The position numbers were made by a program, and so were the translations under genes. From IMG/VR virus record IMGVR_UViG_3300014789_000001: a DNA stretch of 51,208 nucleotides. One strand, given 5' to 3'. This document shows, piece by piece, positions 25,801 to 33,497 of the stretch; position 1 is the first letter of the stretch, and each line of letters starts with the position of its first letter. The notes below the pieces were generated by a model, which made no database searches, was not told where the DNA came from, and was given only the letters and a program-made list of their open reading frames with translations. The stretch is from a virus.

Positions 25801-26618
25801 GGTTCTCCGACGGGGGAGGTGAAAATCTGGTGGAGCCAGAAGCCGTGTTCGACGCCTTCGTCGTTGAAGTTGAGCTGATTTGGGCTGCCGCAGTAATAGG
25901 CCGGGGTATTGCACGGGAGTTTCTGCGGGCGATGGATATGCCCGAAACAGGCGAGGTCTACGCCGGTGCTGTCGATGGTCGAAGGTAGGATGACAACATC
26001 CTGCCCCGCGAGGAAGGTGCTGCCGTTGTCGGCTTCGCTGCCGGCGACGGTGTAATGGGCCACAAGGATGCTCGGGATGCTCTTGTCGAGCTCTGTGGAC
26101 AGTCCGAGGAGGACGTCGTTGATGAGCGCGGTAGCGTTGCGGTTCTCGGTCTCCTTATCCGCTCCGGGGCAGAACAGCCGCAGGCGGCCTTTGTCGAAGC
26201 CAGGGAGGGCCAAAATCTGAACCGGCCCGGCGCTGGTGGTGAGCTTCTCGATGCCCGGAGCGGTGTAGATGTGGAGGTTCTTTTCGTCCTTGGTGATTTC
26301 CCGCACAGTCTCGAAGGCGCGGGGGTTGTCGTGGTTCTCGGTGCCGAACAAAAGGACGACGTGCTCGCTGCTGCGGCACAAAGGCCGGATGAATTCGGTG
26401 ATGGCGTCGTTCACGTCGTCGAGGGCGGTGTCGGCCCAGACGCGTGAGCGGTTGAACAGGTCTCCGGCGATGATGGTGACGTTCGGCGTCTCCGTCGCGG
26501 CCCGCTGCGCGATGTACTTCATGCAGGCGATGGTATCCTGCCTGCGGGCGTTTTTACCGTCCCGAACCGGCCCCGTAAGGTCTCCGAGGTGGATGTCGGC
26601 GGTGTGCAAAATCTTCAT
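22809..26618 (-). CDS. Fused SbcD-SbcC (Mre11-Rad50-like) nuclease-ATPase
   Basis: A 1269-aa ORF. The N-terminus carries phosphoesterase motifs (ADIHLGD, GDLFN, GTENHD, GHIHRP). These are followed by a Walker A (GQNGVGKSS), a ~600-aa coiled coil, the signature SGGEKV and a Walker B (LFIDEP). Confidence 0.9.
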   Translation of the reverse strand: MKILHTADIHLGDLTGPVRDGKNARRQDTIACMKYIAQRAATETPNVTIIAGDLFNRSRVWADTALDDVNDAITEFIRPLCRSSEHVVLLFGTENHDNPRAFETVREITKDEKNLHIYTAPGIEKLTTSAGPVQILALPGFDKGRLRLFCPGADKETENRNATALINDVLLGLSTELDKSIPSILVAHYTVAGSEADNGSTFLAGQDVVILPSTIDSTGVDLACFGHIHRPQKLPCNTPAYYCGSPNQLNFNDEGVEHGFWLHQIFTSPVGEPGTAVETKFVRTPERQHYTYRVGPEDVTAFTASGELPEAPEPLKDAIVRVRYNCTAEQEKALNKADLQKKLLAAGAFYVAEVLPEDVEDVAGESEVTEHEGPTEALGRYLKKLEVAPEEAARLMELAAPLIKKADDGRDADKRTGNFAPISIEVKNYRSYTEAEFDFSDVHMAMVNGQNGVGKSSLFMDAIADCLYEQTRKEDIGGWVRDGTKSGAITFTFGMGAETYRVIRTRTKSGRGTLAIHRRNPETGEWLDESDTTMKLTQARIERVLGMDCNTFCSVALIRQDAYGLFLEASSDRRMEVLSALLGLDIYGRLEDLAKDGASEQRRKIAATRERLSVLEEQIDAKAELEAELGQYDDKITAAQKEAETLETAIAAAQRSEAMREELTKQAEAKEREAAATGADITDKGNRLSAVKAQLSNAETLAAAAPAAEEAAAAVEDARAVIEAAAPHEERMRACIQSIADKEKTLITADRAIQSARQTIAEAKAIISKGEDIRQAQGAIEALGTRRADAEARLRSFQQAHKAVLEAKAARDAQLAEVKAEISRREERIAYYAKRAALLEDSGCPAPENATCNFLKDAVAAKGSLETLREGLAEYRAAAKAEYERLTAAFQQAKAAYTAIGDPAAELEEIAAEEAGHRQLAGLAPKLAAAETLVEELTKTIETEEARIRETTKAIEEANAALPQYREAHTRAEAARASLNAKKALADTLPQCRAASATADALRPQVSSLEADIEQLKQKQATATVEAAAIRSKIPAETGGSTLVALTARRRELTETVNALSASKGGTRTKLDAIAEAEEQAGEYRKDITAIARALNDYQTLVQAFGLDGIQYMIIRGVVPEIMHRANDILAAMTGGRMAVDIRTEKEQKSTQKIVNSLEVWINSITGGSRPYQSHSGGEKVKIALAVTLGLADVKARRAGVQLGMLFIDEPPFLDADGTEAYADALANMAARNPGMRILAISHDPTMKARFPQNIIVQGGENGSSVSME

Positions 26619-26630
26619 GTAAATCCCCCT

Positions 26631-26792
26631 TTAGCGAATGGTCATAGAGAGGTTGTAGATATACTGGCCGCATCTGACGCAGCGGTCTTTCTTCCTCCAA
26701 AATCCAAGGTTTTTCATTCCCCGGACGCTGCCGGTGTGGTGGATAGACGGATGGCGGTCTTTCTGTGCTTGGGTGAGGCGTTCGTACTTCAT
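26631..26792 (-). CDS. Small hypothetical protein (53 aa, CxxC)
   Basis: This ORF is not on the ORF track. Its ATG 26792 overlaps the upstream stop (ATGA), and AAGGGAG lies upstream. Confidence 0.4.
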   Translation of the reverse strand: MKYERLTQAQKDRHPSIHHTGSVRGMKNLGFWRKKDRCVRCGQYIYNLSMTIR

Positions 26793-27124
26793 GACAGGGC
26801 TCCCTTCTTTTCGGAGGCGACGGTGAGGGCTACGGCGAGCTCATTGAGCATATCTCTGATGGCCTCGGCGTCCTCGACGAGCTCGCGGGCCGTGGCCGGG
26901 ACGCCGCGCTTTCCGCGCCCCTCAATCCAGAGTTCAACGTGCTCATCTACGTCGAAGTCGTCGGCGTACTCACGGACGTTTTTGACGAAATTCTCCTTCT
27001 GAACGCCGAAGATGAAGTCTTCCCCGGCAGGGGAGTATTTTTCGAGCTCAACATAGTCTTCCTCCGGGTCATCGTGGACGCACCAGTCGAGCGCCTCGCA
27101 TACGGCGATGTGCTGCTCCGTCAT
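26789..27124 (-). CDS. Hypothetical acidic protein
   Basis: A 111-aa ORF in an operon context. Confidence 0.45.
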   Translation of the reverse strand: MTEQHIAVCEALDWCVHDDPEEDYVELEKYSPAGEDFIFGVQKENFVKNVREYADDFDVDEHVELWIEGRGKRGVPATARELVEDAEAIRDMLNELAVALTVASEKKGALS

Positions 27125-27126
27125 GC

Positions 27127-28113
27127 TTATCGGCCTCCTCTCGCGGCCTTCTCCGCCTTCTGGCAGCGGGTGCAGAGGCAGCGTCCGAACTTGCGCTCGC
27201 TGTACCCTTTGATGTTCTCGGGCGTCCAGATGCGCCCGTCCTTTGCTCTGGTCTCGACGATTTGCTCTCCGCAGTCATCGCAGAAGATGGCGTCCGGGTC
27301 GTCGAAGTCCGGGGCGTCGTCCGGCTCCTCCGGCATACCTCCGGCCTCGTAACCGCCGTCGGCTCCGTCGTCCGGGATGACCTCTGCCGTCGTCTGGGCC
27401 GCCGGGAGGGCTGCTCTCGGTGCTCCCGCGCCCTCAAACAGCATCCCCATCGACTGCAAGTAGTTGGAGGCGACGGCCTCCTTGATTTCCGGGGCGTCGA
27501 GGTTGGGGACGACGTGCGCGATGATGAAGGGCTTGCGAAGCTCCGAGAGGGAGTAGGTCGCCGCGAGGCCGAGGGCTGCGCGGAGCGCCCGCATGAATGC
27601 CTTGCTTTCTGCCATCGCCGTCCGATGAGGGAGGAACCGCTTGTATTGGGCCTCTGTCATACTCTCCTTTTCGGCTGCACAGTCGATTTCCTTCGTCGCC
27701 TTCATGAGGCGGAAGCCGCCGGAAGGCTCCGGGACGCGGATGGTGACGGTGACGGCCACGTCGTAGCGAGCCGGGCAGGTGCCGCAGGCTTTGGGCTTCC
27801 CGACGGCGCGGGCCATGTCAACGCACCTCTTACAGCCGTCCGTCATACCGCTCTCTGTGTCAACGATGCTGATGTTCGCTGCTGCGGCCAGCTTCATGCC
27901 GCCGACCTTGGTGATGGCGTACTTTCCGCTGCTCTTTTCGCGGTAGATGTCCTTGCTGTTATCCGGGTCTGCAACGTCGAGCTGCACCTTGTTCACGATG
28001 ATGCGCTGCAGGTTGCTCATGACCTGCATGGTGGTGACGGGGATGAGGACGTTGAACTTGTCCGGGGGGTATTCATTGAGCTGGACGATGGTGCCAGTGA
28101 TGTTGTTGTTCAT
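27127..28113 (-). CDS. Hypothetical protein with C-terminal zinc ribbon (possible recombination/annealing role)
   Basis: A 328-aa ORF starting at ATG 28113 after AAGGAGA. It has an acidic linker followed by CDDCG...CTRC. The suggested function rests only on its position beside SbcCD. Confidence 0.45.
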   Translation of the reverse strand: MNNNITGTIVQLNEYPPDKFNVLIPVTTMQVMSNLQRIIVNKVQLDVADPDNSKDIYREKSSGKYAITKVGGMKLAAAANISIVDTESGMTDGCKRCVDMARAVGKPKACGTCPARYDVAVTVTIRVPEPSGGFRLMKATKEIDCAAEKESMTEAQYKRFLPHRTAMAESKAFMRALRAALGLAATYSLSELRKPFIIAHVVPNLDAPEIKEAVASNYLQSMGMLFEGAGAPRAALPAAQTTAEVIPDDGADGGYEAGGMPEEPDDAPDFDDPDAIFCDDCGEQIVETRAKDGRIWTPENIKGYSERKFGRCLCTRCQKAEKAARGGR

Positions 28114-28166
28114 GGTGGTCTCCTTCCTTGACACACGGCCTTCGCCGTGCTATACTGACCGTAGTT

Positions 28167-28670
28167 TCATTTGACAAGGGCCGTTTCCGTTGCAGCGGGG
28201 CGGCTCTTTTCCGTCTCTCGGCTCATCGCCCAGAGAAGCATATCGGTAATAGTCTCCTCGAGGGAGCGCAGAAACGCGAGTGCGGTGTCGAAGTCTGCGC
28301 GTTCCATGTGGTCTACAATTCCGTCGTCGGCAATGCTTTCGAGCTTGTCGGCGATTTCTTTTGCCTTCTGGAGCCTCTGGCTGACGCGAAGGGCGGCCCA
28401 CGGAAGGTCGCGGTCTACTGCCCGTTTGCCGGTCTTCTTTCCGACGGGGCAGCTCGCGCAGTAGCGGAGCATGATGTCGGGCCTCTGGTAGCCCTCCGCA
28501 TATCGGATGATGTCGTCCGGGGAGACAGGTACGTCGCCTCGCTCATGCCGCCCTATGGTCTCGGGCGAGTAGTTGAGCTTGATGGCCGCCGTGTCTCGTG
28601 ACGCATATCCGGCCTGCAAACGTGCACCGCGGAGGTAACTTTGGGTAGCGGATGCTGCGGTTGTTGCCAC
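28167..28670 (-). CDS. XRE-family helix-turn-helix protein
   Basis: A 167-aa ORF starting at GTG 28670 after AAAGGAGGG, with the HTH pattern LRGARLQAGYASRDTAAIKLNYSPETIGRHERG. Confidence 0.55.
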   Translation of the reverse strand: MATTAASATQSYLRGARLQAGYASRDTAAIKLNYSPETIGRHERGDVPVSPDDIIRYAEGYQRPDIMLRYCASCPVGKKTGKRAVDRDLPWAALRVSQRLQKAKEIADKLESIADDGIVDHMERADFDTALAFLRSLEETITDMLLWAMSRETEKSRPAATETALVK

Positions 28671-28722
28671 GCTGTTTCCCTCCTTTCTGGGGTATAATTG
28701 GGTTGAGCTTGAGGGAGGGCCC

Positions 28723-29466
28723 TCAACAGCCATAGCGCCCGAGGGGCGTCACGGTGGCGGTTGCCATCCAGTCCTCGACGGTGCTGCCGGTGTCCGTTCG
28801 GATTGTCCAGTGCGTGTTGTGCGCCGTCTTGAACGTGCCGGAGAAATGCCGGAGGAGGTGAAGCATTCCGGGGTCGTCTTGGTCTACCCAGAGGGAGAAG
28901 TTCGGGTATCTCGAGCCCTCTGCTTTCTCAAGCTCATAGACGTGCCTGTAAACCGCTTCCCGGCGAGCTGTCATATCCGGGTCGTACTGGAATTCATCGC
29001 CGTAGTTGAGGCGCTCTGTGCCTTTGGGGGAGTACTCCTCACGGAATACGCGGTAGCCGCCCAAGTCCGGGCAAACCGCAACGGCGTCGAAGCTGGCCCC
29101 GAGGTCGTTCACAAACTTCAAAATGCTCTCGAGGGTGTAGTCGATGCGGGCCCTCCGCTCGAATGGGAGGATGTGCCGGTTGCAGTCGTCGTTTCTGTCG
29201 TCGTCGGTGACGTAGTGCAGGTAGTCAATCCAGCCATAGTAGGTAGGCTCGAGGCCGAGCTTCCTGTTTTCCTTGCCGATGGTGCCGCAGATGATTTCGA
29301 GGTAGACCGCTGCGGCTCCGTCGTGAGGCCCAAAACAGGAGCATCGCGGGTGTTTCTTCTCGGGGTCGAGGTGGAATGCGGTGCGGATGCGACAGTTGCC
29401 GATGGTTGCCTTGCTGCTGTCGGCTCCGCTCCATCCGGCTCCCTCGAAATAGAGGGTCTTGCTCAT
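28723..29466 (-). CDS. Hypothetical protein
   Basis: A 247-aa ORF starting at ATG 29466 (ATGA overlap). I recognise no motif. Confidence 0.45.
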   Translation of the reverse strand: MSKTLYFEGAGWSGADSSKATIGNCRIRTAFHLDPEKKHPRCSCFGPHDGAAAVYLEIICGTIGKENRKLGLEPTYYGWIDYLHYVTDDDRNDDCNRHILPFERRARIDYTLESILKFVNDLGASFDAVAVCPDLGGYRVFREEYSPKGTERLNYGDEFQYDPDMTARREAVYRHVYELEKAEGSRYPNFSLWVDQDDPGMLHLLRHFSGTFKTAHNTHWTIRTDTGSTVEDWMATATVTPLGRYGC

Positions 29467-29735
29467 GCGTTCTCCCTCCTCGCGGGCTTCTTGAGCCGGA
29501 CGATGTAGATGCACTTCTCCCGGCGGTAGATGTCGAAGACGGGCTGCAGCTTCCGGGAGCCTCGGAAATTCCGAAGGCTGTCGTACCTGCGCTTGGCGTC
29601 CTTCTCATTGTCGTACTCGATGCACATATTCCGCTGCTGGCCGGCGAGAAACGCCTTGAGGGCGAGGAGCTCCTCGCTGTCGCGGCTGGTGGCCCGCCTC
29701 TCGGGAAGGTGCTCGAGGTCGTATGTGATTTTCAT
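29463..29735 (-). CDS. Hypothetical protein
   Basis: A 90-aa ORF starting at ATG 29735 (ATGA overlap) after ACGGAGG. Confidence 0.4.
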   Translation of the reverse strand: MKITYDLEHLPERRATSRDSEELLALKAFLAGQQRNMCIEYDNEKDAKRRYDSLRNFRGSRKLQPVFDIYRREKCIYIVRLKKPARRENA

Positions 29736-30103
29736 TGGTAAACCTCCGTTAAGTAGGGTGTGAAATTCATGTTCGCTTCGGTGACGATGTCTCCCCATGT
29801 GAGGTCTTCGCTTCCGGGAATGATGTCGTCGAGGCTGACGGTCTTTATCCTGCGCCGCTCCTTCTCGCGTTCATGGTGGAGGGCCGAGCTCATCGCTCGC
29901 CACGCGATGGTGCTGAATTCGTAGTGGTAGAGCTCTGGCCGCCGGAACCAGTTTTCGACGGTGAGGAGGTAGCGGAAGATGACGACGTCGTAGTACTCAT
30001 CCGGCGGAAGCCGATGCGCCCGAAGGAAGCTGAACACGAGCTGATGATTTTGCACGGCCACGGCCTGCTCTTGAGGTGAGAGGGGTCTCAATGTCTGTCT
30101 CAC
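29732..30103 (-). CDS. Hypothetical protein (weak sigma-70 region-2-like N-terminus) preceded by G10 tract
   Basis: A 123-aa ORF starting at GTG 30103. The start overlaps the stop of an 11-codon leader ORF (GTGA). Confidence 0.45.
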   Translation of the reverse strand: MRQTLRPLSPQEQAVAVQNHQLVFSFLRAHRLPPDEYYDVVIFRYLLTVENWFRRPELYHYEFSTIAWRAMSSALHHEREKERRRIKTVSLDDIIPGSEDLTWGDIVTEANMNFTPYLTEVYQ

Positions 30104-30135
30104 AGTGCCCCCCCCCCGCGTGGTGTACTGCTCAT
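30100..30135 (-). CDS. Leader mini-ORF (MSSTPRGGGAL) containing the G10 tract
   Basis: ATG 30135 lies 6 nt after AAAGGAGGG, and the stop TGA overlaps the downstream GTG. Confidence 0.35.
   Translation of the reverse strand: MSSTPRGGGAL
30108..30117 (-). repeat. Homopolymer tract (G10 on coding strand, C10 on + strand)
   Basis: Counted directly in the sequence. Confidence 0.9.
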
Positions 30136-30149
30136 CTCGCTGCCCTCCT

Positions 30150-30793
30150 TTATCGACGGATGGGTGCCGGGGGCGGGGTGGTCTTACCGATGAAGCAGTT
30201 GCCGCAGTACTTCCAGTTCTGGCCCTCCTTTACGAAGGTTGGGAAGGTGCCGCGCCAGTGGCCGGTCTCCGGGTCGAATTCGTGGCTGTACGGCTCGCCG
30301 ACCTGCAGGAAGCCGCGCTCCATCTTGGCGGGCGGGAGGACGTCGCGCATATCATCGACGATGCGCTCCTCGACGTAATCTCCGGGCTGCGCCGCCTTGC
30401 TAAAGTCTCCGGCGGCCTCCCAATCAGCATAAGTTACGATGCGCCGCTCGCTCTCCTCCGGCTGCTGCTTGCAGTCGCAAATCTCTCCGGGGTCGAGAGC
30501 CGCTCCGCAGTGGTCGCAGAAATAGTTGTGCGTGGTCTGGTCTCCTTTCGTCTCTGATGGCCTCCGGTGGCCGTCCAGCCTCGAAGCTGCCAGCCAAATA
30601 CGGGGGCGATGATGATGTAAAGTGGAATGAAAAGTTCTCCGCCGGGGAGGCCTGTGCGGGCCCCGAGGACGTCGATGCCGAGGATGATGAGCCGGGCCGC
30701 GACGGCCCCCATGAGGATGATGAAGGTCATGCGGTAGAAGGGTGCGAGGCGCTTACTGGCCTGCCGCCTTGCGCGTCGCCTTGGTCTTGCCAT
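30150..30793 (-). pseudogene. Frame-discontinuous early gene: 2-TM N-terminal part (frame of ATG 30793) and zinc-ribbon C-terminal part (frame ending 30150)
   Basis: ATG 30793 follows GGAAAGGAG and opens a frame that encodes two hydrophobic helices and then turns into Arg/Ser/Thr-rich text. The adjacent frame encodes HNYFCDHCG...CDC...YCGNC but has no ATG/GTG/TTG before 30350. Confidence 0.4.
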
Positions 30794-31025
30794 TGTGCTC
30801 TCTCCTTTCCTTGGTCTGCCGTGGAGGTTGGTCGAGGAGCTCATCGCCGCAGTAAAATTTCTCGCAGAACCGGCGGCGGGGTACTCTCCCGGCGATGGTC
30901 TCATAGCCTTCCGCCTCGAGCTCGCGGTTTATCTTCCGCATAATCTGGTAGGCCTTTGACTGCGAGATGCCGAGGATTTGCATGACGTCCTCCACGAAAA
31001 GAAATTTCGCTGTGGTGCTTCTCAT
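30753..31025 (-). CDS. Excisionase/AlpA-type (HTH_17-like) DNA-binding protein
   Basis: A 90-aa ORF carrying FLFVEDVMQILGISQSKAYQIMRKINRELEAEG, typical of MerR-superfamily phage Xis/regulators. Confidence 0.55.
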   Translation of the reverse strand: MRSTTAKFLFVEDVMQILGISQSKAYQIMRKINRELEAEGYETIAGRVPRRRFCEKFYCGDELLDQPPRQTKERREHNGKTKATRKAAGQ

Positions 31026-31044
31026 CGTGGGTGCGCTCCTCTCT

Positions 31045-31260
31045 TTAGCTGCTGGCCTTCTGGGCCTCATAGTCCGCCATGAACTGGCGAACTTTGGGGA
31101 TGAGCTCATGCCCGGCGCAGCGGCCAGTCGTACACTCAATGAGAGTGCTGCGCTTGACGTCTGCGCCGGTGGCAACGTCCCGATAGGTGAGACCGTGTGC
31201 CGCGCAAAATGCCATAAGCTCGACGCCGAAGTCGTTCTTGGGCTTCTTTCGTACTGCCAT
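31045..31260 (-). CDS. Small putative DNA-binding protein (Cro-like candidate)
   Basis: A 71-aa ORF with an HTH-like segment (AAHGLTYRDVATGADVKRSTLIE) and AAAGGAGG upstream. Confidence 0.4.
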   Translation of the reverse strand: MAVRKKPKNDFGVELMAFCAAHGLTYRDVATGADVKRSTLIECTTGRCAGHELIPKVRQFMADYEAQKASS

Positions 31261-31325
31261 TGTGGTGCGTCCTCCTTTCCGTCTTTGTGCGCCTTGCGCG
31301 TTTGGTGTTTCTGTGGTACAATGAT

Positions 31326-31565
31326 TTAATGGGTGGGTGTGTCCGGCTGCTCGTAGTAAGCCGGGTCGTACTTGGCCGTCTGCTGGATGATGAGCTTGAA
31401 TTCGGAGCCGTCCTCCATCTGAATGAGAACACCCTTCTCGGTGTCGCTGATGCCTGCATCCTTGAGGGTCTTGCAGATGGCTACTTTGTTGAGGACGGTG
31501 TCTTCAAATCCGTAGAACCGGGCCAGCAGATACCAGAGGCCGTCTTGGATGATTTCCTCGCTCAC
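31326..31565 (-). CDS. Hypothetical protein
   Basis: A 79-aa ORF starting at GTG 31565 after TAAGGAGGTGA. Confidence 0.4.
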   Translation of the reverse strand: MSEEIIQDGLWYLLARFYGFEDTVLNKVAICKTLKDAGISDTEKGVLIQMEDGSEFKLIIQQTAKYDPAYYEQPDTPTH

Positions 31566-31578
31566 GATGTTCACCTCC

Positions 31579-31788
31579 TTACAAGATGGGCTTGCCCTCG
31601 CGCCGGCAGGTGCGGTAGTAGTTGATGAGCATGACGAAGTCTCCGGGGCTGATGAATGCTTCTTCGTCTGGGATGCTTTCATGGTCGCCGTGCTGGTCTT
31701 CGATGACGAGGAGCGTCGCCCCGTCGTGCTGACGCTGCACGAGCTTCATCTTCCGCTGATTGTTGACCTCGAAAGATATGGTGTTCAT
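31579..31788 (-). CDS. Hypothetical protein
   Basis: A 69-aa ORF with an ATGA overlap to the upstream gene. Confidence 0.4.
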   Translation of the reverse strand: MNTISFEVNNQRKMKLVQRQHDGATLLVIEDQHGDHESIPDEEAFISPGDFVMLINYYRTCRREGKPIL

Positions 31789-31997
31789 TCGTCGTCGCCC
31801 TCCTCAAGGTCTTCCGACGGGATGATGGTGCGCTCGGTAATGTTCCCGTAGGTGTAGCCGTTGTCGTTGCGGAGATAGACGGGGAGGTCTTCGTCGAAGT
31901 CCGAGAGGATTTCGATGAGCTCGCCGACGGTGAGGGTCTTGCCGCAGTCGTCCGGGGCGTAGCCGCTCCGGCGGCCTTCGATATAGAGTGCGTTCAT
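31785..31997 (-). CDS. Hypothetical protein
   Basis: A 70-aa ORF starting at ATG 31997 after AAAGGAGA. Confidence 0.4.
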   Translation of the reverse strand: MNALYIEGRRSGYAPDDCGKTLTVGELIEILSDFDEDLPVYLRNDNGYTYGNITERTIIPSEDLEEGDDE

Positions 31998-32026
31998 GGT
32001 GTTCTCCTTTCTGCGGGCCGGGGCCG

Positions 32027-32605
32027 TTAGGCCCCGGCGACGATGTAGTCGTACAGCTTGGCTTTGAGGCGGATGACCTCGGCCTCGGCTTCCTCGGCCC
32101 TGCGCTGGTACTCTCCGATGTCGTTGCGGGCTTCGTCGCACTGCTTGGCGTTGTGGATTGCGATTTCTCTGGCGCTCTCAAGCTCGCTCTTGAGGGATGC
32201 GTGTTCGCTCCGAAGTTTATCGAGTTCGGCGCTGAAACTGTCGGCTGCCGCCTTGAAATGGGCTGCATCTTCTCTTGACTGTTCATACCGCTCTTTCATG
32301 CTGTCGGCGAAGTCGTTTTCGATGTTCTCCGCCGCAATCTCGAAGCAGCCCGCGAAGGCGGTGGCGATGTAGCTGTCCGGGCCGAGCTCTGCAACGATTT
32401 TGCGGATTTTCTCGAGGGCGTCCCGTTCCTGCTGCTTGGTGGCGGGAGCGTCGCTGCTCACGAGCTCTACGCTGGTGATAGTGCCGTTCCCGTGGCGGTA
32501 GACCTCCTTGAAGTCACGCCGGGCCTGCGCCTCGCTCGGAGCGGTGAAGTTGTCCGAGCCGACGGTGCCGTTCTCGCGGGTGAAGGTGATTTTGTAGGTA
32601 TTCAT
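32027..32605 (-). CDS. First early gene: hypothetical protein with C-terminal coiled coil
   Basis: A 192-aa ORF starting at ATG 32605 after GAAAGGAG. It is transcribed divergently from the repressor gene. Confidence 0.5.
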   Translation of the reverse strand: MNTYKITFTRENGTVGSDNFTAPSEAQARRDFKEVYRHGNGTITSVELVSSDAPATKQQERDALEKIRKIVAELGPDSYIATAFAGCFEIAAENIENDFADSMKERYEQSREDAAHFKAAADSFSAELDKLRSEHASLKSELESAREIAIHNAKQCDEARNDIGEYQRRAEEAEAEVIRLKAKLYDYIVAGA

Positions 32606-32688
32606 GTGGGCTCCTTTCTCATGCGGCGGGCTTGGCGGCCCGTGTATGGTGGGCTGTGATTGTTGCCTTCTTCGTTTGGTGTGATTTA

Positions 32689-32717
32689 ATTATAGTCCGC
32701 ATTTGAGGATTTGTAAA
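32689..32717 (-). promoter_or_regulatory. Sigma-70-like early promoter
   Basis: The minus strand reads TTTACA, 17 nt, then TATAAT. It lies in the AT-richer divergent intergenic region. Confidence 0.5.
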
Positions 32718-32785
32718 GCCCTTTTTCGGATTTTTTCAAAAAAATTTTCAGCAGGCATCTGCGCTTGCGGATTGGAGGAGCTAAA

Positions 32786-33169
32786 ATGACGATTTGTGAG
32801 AGGGTTTTTTCTCTCTTGGCTTCCGATGGCCGAGACCAAAAAGACCTCGCCGCGCACATTGGCGTCTCGACGCGCACGTTAAGTACATGGAAAACGCGGG
32901 GTACAAATCCGGGGGCTGAGTATATTGCCGGTATCGCGGAATTCTTTAGCGTCTCTACGGACTACATCTTGACCGGGGAGGAGAAGCAATACTCTATCTC
33001 CCCGGCTGACGAGGAGGTCTTGAGCGCCTATCACGCTCTCTCGAGGCCGGAGCAGGTCTATATTCTGGGCGAGATGTACCGCCGGGCCGGGCTGGTGCCT
33101 TCGCAGTCCGTCGGCGATGAGGGCAAAAAAGCTGCCGAGCCCGAGGCTTCCATCGGGTCGGCAGGGTGA
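32786..33169 (+). CDS. cI-like repressor (XRE-family HTH)
   Basis: ATG 32786 follows GGAGGAG. The HTH is DQKDLAAHIGVSTRTLSTWKTRGTNP, and the gene is oriented divergently from the early genes. Confidence 0.7.
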   Translation: MTICERVFSLLASDGRDQKDLAAHIGVSTRTLSTWKTRGTNPGAEYIAGIAEFFSVSTDYILTGEEKQYSISPADEEVLSAYHALSRPEQVYILGEMYRRAGLVPSQSVGDEGKKAAEPEASIGSAG

Positions 33170-33203
33170 TTTATTTGGATTTCCCTCTTGGAGGTGGTGA
33201 CGA

Positions 33204-33497
33204 GTGAAGGTTGGGTATCTTCGCTGTGCGGCCTGTGGGGCCGAAACAAATTGTGTTGAGTTGACCGCCGGGCTCTGCCCGGCCTGCAAGGATGAGCGTG
33301 TCCGGGAGCTCTCGCTCCTTCACCGCCGATATGACCGTGCCATTCTGGCCGGAGACCTCTCCGCTGCTTCGCTGGCAGCCGATGAGGTGGAGAGCTATGA
33401 GCGCGTCTGGGGGCTCCGGCTGCTCGCTGCGCCCTCTGTGGCTCAAATGCGCCGCGCAATAGCTGGCGCTTCGGAGGGCGATGCCTATGGGGCTTGA
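33204..33497 (+). CDS. Small zinc-ribbon protein (hypothetical)
   Basis: A 97-aa ORF with a GTG start after GGAGGTGG and the pattern CAACG...CPAC. Confidence 0.4.
   Translation: MKVGYLRCAACGAETNCVELTAGLCPACKDERVRELSLLHRRYDRAILAGDLSAASLAADEVESYERVWGLRLLAAPSVAQMRRAIAGASEGDAYGA

Noticed and set aside
30150-30350. A 66-aa ORF considered as a stand-alone gene starting at ATG 30350.
   Set aside because: There is no RBS near that ATG, and protein-like sequence with Cys motifs continues about 290 nt further upstream in the same frame. It is reported instead as part of a frame-discontinuous gene.
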